Shown here piece by piece: positions 1-9,148 of a stretch of 64,000 bases of DNA. Origin of the DNA: a virus; IMG/VR virus record IMGVR_UViG_3300045988_163359, one strand, 5' to 3'. Below the pieces are notes generated by a model. That model saw nothing but the letters and a program-made list of their open reading frames with translations. It was not told the DNA's origin and searched no databases. Every line of letters begins with the position of its first letter. Position 1 is the first letter of the stretch. A program made the translations under genes and the position numbers.

Positions 1-2
1 AG

Positions 3-320
3 TCGGAAAAAATATACCAAAATAAAGAATTTATTATACTGAAAGTTAAAAGTAATAAAAAAATTGGATTTATTGTATATAATACGAAAAAAGAATGGGA
101 AAATGGTCATTCTCATTTAAATTCTAGAACTATTGCAGAAATAGTAATAAAAAATGTAATTTACAAAAGAAAACCTAAAACGAATAATTTATATATACTT
201 AAAAGTCATGCAAGAGTTTCAAATGATGAAAAATACATAAAATTTATTGAAGATTTAATAAAAGTTAAAAAAAGTAAAACTAAAAATAATTATATAAATA
301 AAAAAGGAGGCCGAAAATAA
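3..320 (+). CDS. C-terminal part of an upstream ORF, hypothetical (5' end outside window)
   Basis: Frame open from window edge to TAA 318-320. Stop overlaps the portal ATG (TAATG). No motif recognised. Confidence 0.4.
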   Translation, partial: SEKIYQNKEFIILKVKSNKKIGFIVYNTKKEWENGHSHLNSRTIAEIVIKNVIYKRKPKTNNLYILKSHARVSNDEKYIKFIEDLIKVKKSKTKNNYINKKGGRK

Positions 321-1732
321 TGCAGACTGTAGCAGAAATCGTAGATGGTCTAAAAAAAGGAATGGCTTTAGATTTGAATATTCCTGATCATTTAAATTTT
401 GTCAGATATATGTATCAATGTTTTGAGTCTGATTTACATAAATATCAAAAAATGTATGACTATTATAAAGGCAATACAGATGCTATGGCCGATTACAAAA
501 CAATTACACAAAGGTCGAATTTAAAAGTAAATACTAATTTTTTTAAAAAATTTGTAAAGGAAGAGGTCTCTTATACTGTAGGAAATCCTATTACTTATGA
601 AAGTAAAGAACAACCAGGTTTATTGGATGAATTAACATCAACTATGGCTTTATGGAATAAAAATCATGATAGTGACTTAATGAAATACATGGTTATATTT
701 ACAAAAGTATTTGAACTTTATCGATATGATGAAGAAGGTTTTAAAAGTGTTATTTCAACTCCTTTAACAGGATATGCATATCAAGATGAATATGACAATG
801 TTTTGTTTTATATGGATGTAAAAGTAGAACATTTAGATGTAGATGTTTATCATATAGATGTTTATACAAAAAAATGTATTTATCATTTAGATAGAGAGTT
901 TAATCAAGTTGAACCTCCAACAAACCATAGATTTGGTACAATACCTGTTTCAGTAGGAAAATTAACTGAAGAACTAACAGAAGATAGTTTATATAAAGAC
1001 TTAAAAGGTTTACAAGATGCTTATGAAACTAATTTATCTGATTTAGGAAATGAAATTTCAGACTTTAGAAACGCATATATGGTTATGACAGATTGTGAAT
1101 TTGAAGAAGAAAAAATAGTTGTTGATGAAGAAACCGGAAAAGAAATGAAAATAGATCCAATTTTAGAAATGAAGAAAAAAGGCATCTTAATGGTAGGTAA
1201 AGAAGGTAAAATTCAATGGTTAATTAAGCAAATTAACGATACTTTTGTACAAAATACGCTAGACAGATATAAAGATGATATGTATCAAATAAGTTGTCAT
1301 ATAAATCACAACGAAAGATTACAATCAAATTTAAGCGGAATTACACTTAGAAGTAGATTAATAGCACTGGAAAATAAATGTGCACTTCAAATAAATGCTC
1401 ACTCAAATATAGTTACAAATAGATTGAAATTTTGGTGCAATTATATAAATTACTTCAAAGCAAAGAATTTTGATTGGAAAAAAATAAAAATTATTTATAC
1501 TGCAAATATCCCTCAAGATGATTTAGCTACAGCTCAAATGCTTAGTCAAGTTCCTCCTGGAGTTATTTCCAAGAGAACAGCATCAAGTAGATTTGGATTT
1601 ATAGTAGATTTAGATGCTGAACAAAGACAAATTGCAAGAGAATATGAAGAAGAAATGAAGAGGGAAGATGAAAGTTTAGGTGAATTGTATGGCGACAAAC
1701 ACCAACACACAGAAGCAAACATCGAAGAATAG
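320..1732 (+). CDS. phage portal protein, SPP1 Gp6-like
   Basis: 470 aa. GGAGG RBS. N-terminal YYKGN...NLKVNTNF..VKEEVSYTVGNPITY pattern typical of SPP1-type portals. First gene of the head module. Confidence 0.85.
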   Translation: MQTVAEIVDGLKKGMALDLNIPDHLNFVRYMYQCFESDLHKYQKMYDYYKGNTDAMADYKTITQRSNLKVNTNFFKKFVKEEVSYTVGNPITYESKEQPGLLDELTSTMALWNKNHDSDLMKYMVIFTKVFELYRYDEEGFKSVISTPLTGYAYQDEYDNVLFYMDVKVEHLDVDVYHIDVYTKKCIYHLDREFNQVEPPTNHRFGTIPVSVGKLTEELTEDSLYKDLKGLQDAYETNLSDLGNEISDFRNAYMVMTDCEFEEEKIVVDEETGKEMKIDPILEMKKKGILMVGKEGKIQWLIKQINDTFVQNTLDRYKDDMYQISCHINHNERLQSNLSGITLRSRLIALENKCALQINAHSNIVTNRLKFWCNYINYFKAKNFDWKKIKIIYTANIPQDDLATAQMLSQVPPGVISKRTASSRFGFIVDLDAEQRQIAREYEEEMKREDESLGELYGDKHQHTEANIEE

Positions 1733-2435
1733 AAGTGCTGAAGAAACTAAAAGTTTCATGGAAAAAGCATATAATCAGGCCGAACAGGAACTTGAAAAAT
1801 ATCTTAAAAAGATGAATAAAACAGATAAGCAGATTAGAGAGTTGATGGAAACTGCTAATTTTGCTTATCAAATAGAAAAAACATCAAAAGATTACGAAAG
1901 TGCTGAAAGATTTATTGTTATAGCAGTTCTATCAATGCTTAATAACGAAGATGAATGGCTTGAAGATTTAATAGATAACTTCTTTGATGAAATGTTTGAA
2001 GAAATTGTAGAGTATTTTGGATATTTTGTAGACAATGAAGAAAAGCAGAAAATATTAAATAGAAAATACGAAGGTAAAACGTATAAGCAAAGAATACAAA
2101 GCAATATGGCTAAAATAAATAATCGAACTAAAAAAAGATTGAAAATAGCTTATAATAAGAAGAATTTATATAATATTGCATCATGGCTAACACAAAGACA
2201 AAAGATGAGTAGAAAAAGAGCAAGAGGAATATTGATATCTGAGCTTAGTAGAATAGCAAATGATATCTTTATTTATTGTAATAGAGATAAAAAATTTATG
2301 TATTGTTCAGTTTTAGAAGAAAGAACATGTAGTGATTGTGAAAGTATGCATGGTGTTACTTTAAGTGCTGAAGAAGCTTATGATTTAATACCGCAGCATA
2401 ACTTCTGTAAATGTTACTTTATAGTTATAAGATGA
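1689..2435 (+). CDS. head morphogenesis protein (SPP1 gp7 / Mu F-like)
   Basis: Follows the portal. C-terminal CSDCESMHG...IPQHNFCKCY resembles the conserved PxHxNCRC end of gp7-family proteins. ATG 1689 has an AGGTG RBS. Confidence 0.8.
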   Translation: MATNTNTQKQTSKNRSAEETKSFMEKAYNQAEQELEKYLKKMNKTDKQIRELMETANFAYQIEKTSKDYESAERFIVIAVLSMLNNEDEWLEDLIDNFFDEMFEEIVEYFGYFVDNEEKQKILNRKYEGKTYKQRIQSNMAKINNRTKKRLKIAYNKKNLYNIASWLTQRQKMSRKRARGILISELSRIANDIFIYCNRDKKFMYCSVLEERTCSDCESMHGVTLSAEEAYDLIPQHNFCKCYFIVIR

Positions 2436-2448
2436 TAGGAGAATGTTA

Positions 2449-2757
2449 ATGAAAAAAGTATTTATATCTCAACCAATGAGAGGATTAACCGATGAAGAAA
2501 TATTAGAAAAAAGAAGTGAAATAAAAAAAGATATAGAAACCAAAATAAACGAAGAAATAGAATTTATAGATTCGTTTTTACAAGATTATCCTGGAGAAAT
2601 TAATAAACATATACCAGTTTGGTACTTAGGTAAATCAATACAACTATTATCTCAAGCAGATATGATATATCTCGGAGAAGGTTGGGATAAAGCAAGAGGA
2701 TGTAAAATAGAATATGAAATAGCAAAAGCATACGGAATAAATATAATAGGTTGTTAG
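2449..2757 (+). CDS. DUF4406 / nucleoside 2-deoxyribosyltransferase-like protein
   Basis: About 100 aa. VFISQPMRG...DMIYLGEGWDKARGCKIEYEIAKAYG matches the DUF4406 pattern as I recall it. Confidence 0.5.
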   Translation: MKKVFISQPMRGLTDEEILEKRSEIKKDIETKINEEIEFIDSFLQDYPGEINKHIPVWYLGKSIQLLSQADMIYLGEGWDKARGCKIEYEIAKAYGINIIGC

Positions 2758-2766
2758 GAGGATAAT

Positions 2767-3024
2767 ATGGATAGACAAGAAGTTATAAATATATTTGCTC
2801 AAGAAATGGCTAAAACACAAAAGAAAGCAGATAAATTTTATTATAAACAAAATGACAAAGATATGGCTGCTTATTGTACAGACCATGCATTAGTTATAAA
2901 AGATTTAGCTGTTAAACTTGGTATATGTGACGAAGTTTACATAGAAGCTTATAAAATATATGATTTTAGAAATTCAGGTAAAACAGGATATACATTAAAA
3001 GATGGGAAAATAGTTAAGCTATAG
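2767..3024 (+). CDS. hypothetical protein
   Basis: AGGAGG RBS, 85 aa, no motif. Confidence 0.5.
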   Translation: MDRQEVINIFAQEMAKTQKKADKFYYKQNDKDMAAYCTDHALVIKDLAVKLGICDEVYIEAYKIYDFRNSGKTGYTLKDGKIVKL

Positions 3025-3039
3025 AATTGAAGGAGCAAC

Positions 3040-3192
3040 ATGAAAGATTTATTACTTAAAATAGGAGTAAGAATGGGCTGGGTTATAAGTCCAAACATCT
3101 TATTTAATTTAGCAACATATGGTGAAAACTCACCTTATTACAAAAGATATTATAAGAAATACCTAAAAAGAGATAAAAGGAGAAATTTATGA
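3040..3192 (+). CDS. small hypothetical protein (50 aa)
   Basis: Not in the ORF track. AGGAG RBS 5 nt upstream. Stop overlaps the next ATG (ATGA). Confidence 0.35.
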   Translation: MKDLLLKIGVRMGWVISPNILFNLATYGENSPYYKRYYKKYLKRDKRRNL

Positions 3193-3455
3193 ACGAACAA
3201 CAATTTTTAGATTGGTGTAAAGATGAAATTGTAAGTTATGTAAATCTAATGATAGATAAAACAGATAAAAATTACATAACAAAAGATGATGTATTTATGG
3301 TTTGGTGTTGCAAAACACTCCAAAATAATAAAGCATTACTAAGTACAACTTTATTTGACGGAATGTATTATGAATGTACATACAATGGAGATAAAAAAGA
3401 AATGTACATAGATGCTTATAAGAAATGGGAGAATTACAAAGTTGAGCAAAAATAA
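3189..3455 (+). CDS. conserved phage hypothetical protein
   Basis: 88 aa, translationally coupled. VWCCKTLQNNKALLSTT..YYECTYNGDKKEMYIDAYKK looks like a small family seen in Firmicute phages. Confidence 0.5.
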   Translation: MNEQQFLDWCKDEIVSYVNLMIDKTDKNYITKDDVFMVWCCKTLQNNKALLSTTLFDGMYYECTYNGDKKEMYIDAYKKWENYKVEQK

Positions 3456-3678
3456 GTATGGAAAAGAAGATTATGATTTCCTTTTAGGCATATATGCCTT
3501 TGTAGGAGTATACGCTCTAGCATACACAATATTTTCAATAGTATTAGCAATACTTCATATACATCTATCAAATGCTATAGACTGGATAGCAAGTATTGTT
3601 CTATCAATACTTAGTATTGTTTATGTAGTAAGAGTGAATATAAAAAGAACAGAATTGATAGAAAAAAAGAAGGAATAG
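3412..3678 (+). CDS. small membrane protein (start uncertain, possibly TTG 3442)
   Basis: Two hydrophobic helices (LLGIYAFVGVYALAYTIFSIVLAIL; WIASIVLSILSIVYVV). Confidence 0.45.
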   Translation: MLIRNGRITKLSKNKYGKEDYDFLLGIYAFVGVYALAYTIFSIVLAILHIHLSNAIDWIASIVLSILSIVYVVRVNIKRTELIEKKKE

Positions 3679-3679
3679 T

Positions 3680-3832
3680 ATGTTTGATATAAAACAATTA
3701 TTAGGACTATCTAAAGCAGGGGAGGTGAATTATATGTTACCATGCTATTGGAATGTAGAAAGTTTTAGTGAATATGTAAGAAGAATGCAAGGAATAAGTA
3801 AAAAGACTAAATGGAAAAGAAATAGAAGATAG
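3680..3832 (+). CDS. small hypothetical protein (50 aa)
   Basis: Not in the track. GAAGGA RBS. Fills the gap between neighbouring genes. Confidence 0.3.
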   Translation: MFDIKQLLGLSKAGEVNYMLPCYWNVESFSEYVRRMQGISKKTKWKRNRR

Positions 3833-3841
3833 GAGAATAAA

Positions 3842-4027
3842 ATGAGCGATTCTCAAAATAATACAAATCCTTTACATAAAGTTAGTATTAAAGGTACAAA
3901 AGAAGAATTTGAGTTAAAATTAGATGATTTTGAAATAAAAGGTATTACTGGTTATAAAATAACAAGTACTACAAATGATTTTACAAGGCTTGAACTTGAA
4001 TTAATTGTATCTGAAATAAATACATAA
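3842..4027 (+). CDS. hypothetical protein
   Basis: AGGAG RBS, 61 aa. Confidence 0.45.
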   Translation: MSDSQNNTNPLHKVSIKGTKEEFELKLDDFEIKGITGYKITSTTNDFTRLELELIVSEINT

Positions 4028-4146
4028 TTTTAACAAAGAGGTTTACATAATTCGACCTTCTAAAATCGATTTTAAGGTACTTGTAAAAAGTCCTTTGATA
4101 GTTTATACATTTGGAAATAAATAGAAATTACATAAAGGATGATTAA

Positions 4147-4338
4147 ATGGAAAAATTATTTAATTTTGTATCATTACCTTGTGATGCTATAGAAGTTAAA
4201 GTAATAAAAAGACCAAAACAGAAACCTTTAAAGAAACTAAAATTAAATGGTGCTACTTATTATTTATCTGAAGATGATGAAAATTATTATACTTTCATAT
4301 ATAAAAGTTTCGCTAAGGATAAAGCAAAAAGCAAGTAG
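4147..4338 (+). CDS. hypothetical protein (possibly the 5' part of a frameshifted gene, see findings)
   Basis: AAGGA RBS, 63 aa. Followed by a start-less open frame 4323-4498. Confidence 0.45.
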   Translation: MEKLFNFVSLPCDAIEVKVIKRPKQKPLKKLKLNGATYYLSEDDENYYTFIYKSFAKDKAKSK

Positions 4339-4500
4339 CAGCCAGTATATTCAACAAAGCAAAGTGTAAAAATGCAGATTGGTTTGAGTTAGCTCAATTA
4401 TACAACGATAAGATAAATGAGTATAATCAAAAATCTTATGTACATGAACAATATATCACAGATACAATATTTACCGAAATATATAAATTAACAAGATAAT

Positions 4501-4524
4501 AAAAGCCCGAGAGGGCTTATTTTT
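4501..4524 (+). terminator. rho-independent terminator
   Basis: AAGCCC-GAGA-GGGCTT hairpin followed by a T-run. Confidence 0.6.
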
Positions 4525-4558
4525 ATGCTCCGAAACGAGGGTAAACTAAGTACTTTGG

Positions 4559-4615
4559 GGGCTAGTACTTCGAGGGACTAAATTCTTATTTAAATACTAT
4601 GAGGGCTAGTACTTC
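4559..4615 (+). repeat. two perfect 13-nt direct repeats GGGCTAGTACTTC (4559-4571, 4603-4615) plus a partial copy at 4538-4555
   Basis: Read directly. Lies between the terminator and the scaffold gene RBS. Confidence 0.8.
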
Positions 4616-4633
4616 ATGGGGAAAGAGGTAAAA

Positions 4634-5320
4634 ATGATAATCAAAAAAGATTTGTTAGAAAAATTAAACGATATAGATGAAACTGCCGATGTTACTGAAG
4701 TTTTAAAAGGGATTGATGGAATAGCAGAAGTTAAAGAAATACCTTTTGATGTTAACAAATTAACTGTTGAAGATTATAAAAATATCCTTGAAACAAATAA
4801 AGCAATACAAGGATATAACCAATCTCAATTAGACAGTGCAGTATCTAAAGGAGTTGAAAGTTTTAAAACTAAAAAGATGCCAGGAATTATAGAAAGTGAA
4901 ATAAAAAAGGCAACTGCTCCAAAACACGAAACTCCTGAACAAAAGGCTCAAAGAGAACAAATGGAAGCTATGGAAACAAGACTTAAAGAAATGGAAGAAA
5001 AAAATGCTGCAACAGAAAAGAAAAATGCAGAGAATGAAGCTAAGTTAGCTCATGAAGGTAGAATCAAAGAAAGTCGTACTTATCTAGCAGAAATGAAATA
5101 TCCAAAACAAGTCGAAAATTTCTTAGAGTTTGTAGTTGGTGAGGATATGGATATCAGTAAACAGAATATAGATAAATTAGCTAATGCATTTAGCGAATAC
5201 GGACAAGAAGTCCTTAAAACTGATATGACAAATAATCCGTTTAATCCTAGTGGTGGGGGAAATGGAGATTCTGTTGATCCTGTTCAAGCTCAAGTAAATC
5301 AAATTTTAGGCTTGTCATAA
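4634..5320 (+). CDS. capsid scaffolding protein (DUF4355-like)
   Basis: Immediately upstream of the major capsid gene. Charged coiled-coil centre (QREQMEAMETRLKEMEEKNAATEKKNAENEAKL). Confidence 0.7.
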   Translation: MIIKKDLLEKLNDIDETADVTEVLKGIDGIAEVKEIPFDVNKLTVEDYKNILETNKAIQGYNQSQLDSAVSKGVESFKTKKMPGIIESEIKKATAPKHETPEQKAQREQMEAMETRLKEMEEKNAATEKKNAENEAKLAHEGRIKESRTYLAEMKYPKQVENFLEFVVGEDMDISKQNIDKLANAFSEYGQEVLKTDMTNNPFNPSGGGNGDSVDPVQAQVNQILGLS

Positions 5321-5347
5321 AAATAAATTAATTAGGAGGTGTTTAGC

Positions 5348-6298
5348 ATGGCTAACACAATATCATATGCTCAAATTTTACAAAATGCATTAGACAAACA
5401 AATGGTACATGAATCATTGACAGGCTGGATGGATGCCAATGCAGGTCAAGTTAAATATAACGGTGGTAAAGAAGTTAAAATACCTCAATTATCAATGGAC
5501 GGACTTGCTAACTATGACAGACAAGCTGATAGTGGATATACTAAAGGATCTATCAAATACGAATACAAAACTTACACAATGACACAAGATAGAGGACGTA
5601 AATTCCAAATAGATTCTCAAGATGTTGATGAAACTAACTTTGTATTAACAGCAACAACAATCATGGGTGAATTTCAAAGAACTAAAGTTATACCTGAAGT
5701 AGATGCTTATAGATTAAGTAAATTAGCAACAACTGCTATGGGTGTAGCTAATGATGAAAATGTAGAATATGGATATACTGTAGCAAATTCAACTGTTATA
5801 GCTAAAATAAAAAAAGGTATAAAAACATTAAGAGAAAAATGCCATAATGGAACACTAGTTATTATGTGTAACTATGATACACAACTAGCTATAGAAGAAG
5901 CTGCATTAGGTAAATTAGCATCTGTATCTTTTTCTCAAGGTGGAATAAACACTAAAGTTCCAGCTATTGATGGATGCCCAATTATACCAGTTCCACAAAA
6001 TAGATTATACAGTGCAATACAATTATATGATGGTTCGACTAGTGGTCAAACTACTGGCGGATACATTAAAGCAACTTCTGGATTAGATGTTAACTTTTTA
6101 ATCATGCCTTTAGATTTACCTTTAGCAGTAACTAAACAAGATATCATGAGAATATTTGACCCTGAAACTAACCAAAGTGCAAATGCATGGGCTATGGACT
6201 ACAGAAGATACCATGATTTATGGGTATTAGAAAGCAAAAAAGAGGGGGTATATGCTAATATAAAAGATGCAAAACCTACTCAATCTGAAAGTCATTAG
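5348..6298 (+). CDS. major capsid protein
   Basis: 316 aa, AGGAGG RBS. Position after the scaffold gene. N-terminal MANTISYAQ..LTGWMDANAG resembles Firmicute siphovirus coat proteins. Confidence 0.75.
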   Translation: MANTISYAQILQNALDKQMVHESLTGWMDANAGQVKYNGGKEVKIPQLSMDGLANYDRQADSGYTKGSIKYEYKTYTMTQDRGRKFQIDSQDVDETNFVLTATTIMGEFQRTKVIPEVDAYRLSKLATTAMGVANDENVEYGYTVANSTVIAKIKKGIKTLREKCHNGTLVIMCNYDTQLAIEEAALGKLASVSFSQGGINTKVPAIDGCPIIPVPQNRLYSAIQLYDGSTSGQTTGGYIKATSGLDVNFLIMPLDLPLAVTKQDIMRIFDPETNQSANAWAMDYRRYHDLWVLESKKEGVYANIKDAKPTQSESH

Positions 6299-6310
6299 TT
6301 TGATTCTTTC

Positions 6311-6556
6311 ATGTTTGAAATAAAAAAAGAAAATGTTCATAGAACAGTAGAAACCATAGAACAGGCAAAAAAATATATTGCTGAAGGTTATGAATTAGTT
6401 CAAAATATCGACAACTCAGAGGAAAAATCCGAAATAATAGATTTAGATTCTTTAAAATATAATGAGTTAAAGAATTTAGCTAAAGAAAAAAAAGTTAAAG
6501 GCTATACAACACTGACAAAATCAGATTTAGTTAAAATTTTAAAGGAGTTGTTTTAA
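6311..6556 (+). CDS. Rho N-terminal (SAP-like) domain protein
   Basis: LKYNELKNLAKEKKVKGYTTLTKSDLVKILKEL is the Rho_N helix-extended-helix pattern. Such genes are common just after capsid genes. Confidence 0.6.
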   Translation: MFEIKKENVHRTVETIEQAKKYIAEGYELVQNIDNSEEKSEIIDLDSLKYNELKNLAKEKKVKGYTTLTKSDLVKILKELF

Positions 6557-6898
6557 ATGACTAACTTGGATTTTATATTACAAAAAAAGTTTCCTAACGA
6601 AAGCGAATCAAGTTTAGTCATTCATAAACAACTTGCTACTCAAAAGCTATTACTTTATTTTAAGAATAGACTTAATAGAACTATAACAGCTGAACAATTA
6701 GAAACAGAGTATCAACCTGCTCTGTTTCTTTTAATTTCTAATGCAGTTAATTATTCAAGTGTGAGAGGTGTCAAATCAATTTCTCAAGGTAATAAGAAGA
6801 CTACGTTTGATGAAAGTATTAGTTCTAGCGGTGCTTATGATATAACTAACGAGATCAAGGAACTTTTACCTGTAGCAGTAGTTAAATTGAGAGGTTAG
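6557..6898 (+). CDS. head-tail connector protein (gp6-like), by position
   Basis: 113 aa; call rests on synteny. Confidence 0.45.
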   Translation: MTNLDFILQKKFPNESESSLVIHKQLATQKLLLYFKNRLNRTITAEQLETEYQPALFLLISNAVNYSSVRGVKSISQGNKKTTFDESISSSGAYDITNEIKELLPVAVVKLRG

Positions 6899-7330
6899 GT
6901 GGTAAATGTGTTCGGATATAACGAAGACAGTGCAACTTTATTCAATATATCTTTAGATGAAAATCGAAAACCCATTTATCACCGAACTTATTTAACGGGT
7001 ATCGATTGGCAACAAGCTACAGGAGTTAAATTTTTAAAGACAACCGGTTCATCTGCGGATATAGATAATAAAATATTAGTTTTTGTAAATTATGGGACTT
7101 ATGAAGGTAAAACTTACATAGGTCCTAAAGAATTTAGTAAACTTGAAGATAAAAGTAATTATTATACATTCAACGAAGGAGAAGATATTCTCTTAAAAGG
7201 AATACATGACATTGAAATTACAAATTCTCAAGAGTTTAATGATATTCAAAAAAACTATGATGATGTAGTTAAAATCATCAATGTTACTAAGTGTGAATTA
7301 ACAAAACACTTTGAACTAGGATGTGAGTAA
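6899..7330 (+). CDS. head-tail joining / head closure protein, by position
   Basis: 143 aa, GTG start; call rests on synteny only. Confidence 0.35.
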   Translation: MVNVFGYNEDSATLFNISLDENRKPIYHRTYLTGIDWQQATGVKFLKTTGSSADIDNKILVFVNYGTYEGKTYIGPKEFSKLEDKSNYYTFNEGEDILLKGIHDIEITNSQEFNDIQKNYDDVVKIINVTKCELTKHFELGCE

Positions 7331-7331
7331 A

Positions 7332-7706
7332 ATGGCAACTTTAAAAGCAAAAGTTACTGTTAATATAGACTATGACAAAATTGTAAATCAAAGTAAATTA
7401 AATAGAGCGCAAAAACAACTCGTAAACCTAGTAAGAACAAAAGCTGACCCATACGTACCTTATTTATCAGGAGACTTAAAAAACACCGCTCAAGAAAACA
7501 AAAAAAGTATTGTATATGCTAGTTATCATGGGGGTACAAAGTCATATGCTGCTATTAACTACTATACTAACAGAGGTATGGGTAGAGAAGGTTTAAACCG
7601 TGGTGGTAAAAGAGGTAAACAATGGATAAATCGTATGTGGGTTAATGAAGGAGATGCAATAGTAAATGAAATTGCAAATACAATAGGAGGGAAAGCAAGT
7701 AAATGA
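7332..7706 (+). CDS. minor capsid / head-tail adaptor protein
   Basis: ADPYVPYLSGDLKNTA motif as in minor-capsid families of Firmicute phages. Confidence 0.45.
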   Translation: MATLKAKVTVNIDYDKIVNQSKLNRAQKQLVNLVRTKADPYVPYLSGDLKNTAQENKKSIVYASYHGGTKSYAAINYYTNRGMGREGLNRGGKRGKQWINRMWVNEGDAIVNEIANTIGGKASK

Positions 7707-8152
7707 CACTTAATTTAAATGAAATAGAAAATAGAACTATTACAGATAAAATAATAGAATTTTTCTTAAAATGCCCTCTAATAGACGATAAATCTCCTAT
7801 TTCTGCTGATTACATAGGTGATGAAATAGGCACTTACTCAGTAGATGGTTCGCCTTCAGAAACCATTTTAAAAACTTATGTTGATGGTTCTACTGAAAGG
7901 CAATTAATTTTTGATTTTACTAGCAGAGAAAGTGTTGAAGCATATAACAATGAGAAAAATATTACTTTTTATGAAAAATTAGCCGAATGGGTAGAAACTC
8001 AAAATAATGAAGGTGTTTTACCTGAGTTAAGTTATCCTTTAATAGCTGAACAAATAAAAGTATTAACTCATGGCTATGTTGAACAAATGAGCGCAAATAA
8101 AGCAATTTATGTTATTCAAATGAAATTAGTGTACACTAAAATAGCTGAATAG
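7703..8152 (+). CDS. tail completion protein, by position
   Basis: 149 aa, 4-nt overlap with the previous gene. Confidence 0.4.
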   Translation: MTLNLNEIENRTITDKIIEFFLKCPLIDDKSPISADYIGDEIGTYSVDGSPSETILKTYVDGSTERQLIFDFTSRESVEAYNNEKNITFYEKLAEWVETQNNEGVLPELSYPLIAEQIKVLTHGYVEQMSANKAIYVIQMKLVYTKIAE

Positions 8153-8164
8153 GAGGTTGAAATT

Positions 8165-8698
8165 ATGGCATTAAAAAGAAAAGATTTTGCAGATTATCTT
8201 AATACTGCAGCAAAAGATACTGATGCATCATATGCTTTACTTGGTTATGGAGTTGAAAGTTTAGACGAAGAACCAGGTGCACAAACTGATACAACTTGTT
8301 ACATAAATGATGAAACATCATCTACAACAGTAACAAAATACGAAACACAATTTCCTTATACTTCTGAAATTATAATGGAACAAGAAGCAATAAAAAGTTT
8401 ATATTTAACTGGTAGAAATCATGAAACTGGGACAGATGCAGAAAGAGATTATGTTCGTGTAGATATGTTTGATCCTGTATCAGGAAGCGAAGGAACTTAT
8501 CAAGCAAGAAAGTTTAGAGTTGCAAATGAAGTTTCAAAATTCTCTGGTGAAGGTGGAGAAAAGATGAAAGTTGAAGGAGTTTTACATGCTATAGGAGATC
8601 CTATTCAAGGAACTTTCAATGTTACAACAAAAACTTTTACAGCAACTCAAGCAGCAACTCAAAGTGATACCAACAAAAATCAAAGTGTAACTAACTAA
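8165..8698 (+). CDS. major tail protein
   Basis: 177 aa, strong RBS. Position upstream of the chaperones and the tape measure gene. Confidence 0.55.
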   Translation: MALKRKDFADYLNTAAKDTDASYALLGYGVESLDEEPGAQTDTTCYINDETSSTTVTKYETQFPYTSEIIMEQEAIKSLYLTGRNHETGTDAERDYVRVDMFDPVSGSEGTYQARKFRVANEVSKFSGEGGEKMKVEGVLHAIGDPIQGTFNVTTKTFTATQAATQSDTNKNQSVTN

Positions 8699-8719
8699 AA
8701 AAAATAGGGAGGTTAAAAT

Positions 8720-9148
8720 ATGAATGATTATACAAAATTTAATATATTAGGTGTAGAATTAGAATTTGATTTTTTAGATTTAGATGAAAAAGAATTTTTT
8801 GAATCAGTTTTTTCAGAAACAAACAAGAAAATATCAGAAGTAGCTAAAGATGATAAAGATTTCTCTATTGAAAGCTCTAGAAAATATTGTGAAAGCATAA
8901 TTAGCTTGTTTGAAGAATTGTTCGGTGAGGAAAAAACTTATGATATTTTTTCAGGTAAATGCAATTTAATGAAATGTACTACAGCTATAAAGGAATTAAC
9001 AAAAGCTAAATTAGAACAAGATAAAGCATTTGCAACAGAATTAAAATCTGTTACTACTATTTCTGAAGAAGTATTCGGAGAGGAAGAAATTTCTCTTAAT
9101 AGACAACAACGTAGAGCTATTGAAAGAAATAAGAAAAAATATAACTAA
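8720..9148 (+). CDS. tail assembly chaperone
   Basis: 142 aa, acidic. Position between the major tail and tape measure genes. Confidence 0.5.
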   Translation: MNDYTKFNILGVELEFDFLDLDEKEFFESVFSETNKKISEVAKDDKDFSIESSRKYCESIISLFEELFGEEKTYDIFSGKCNLMKCTTAIKELTKAKLEQDKAFATELKSVTTISEEVFGEEEISLNRQQRRAIERNKKKYN

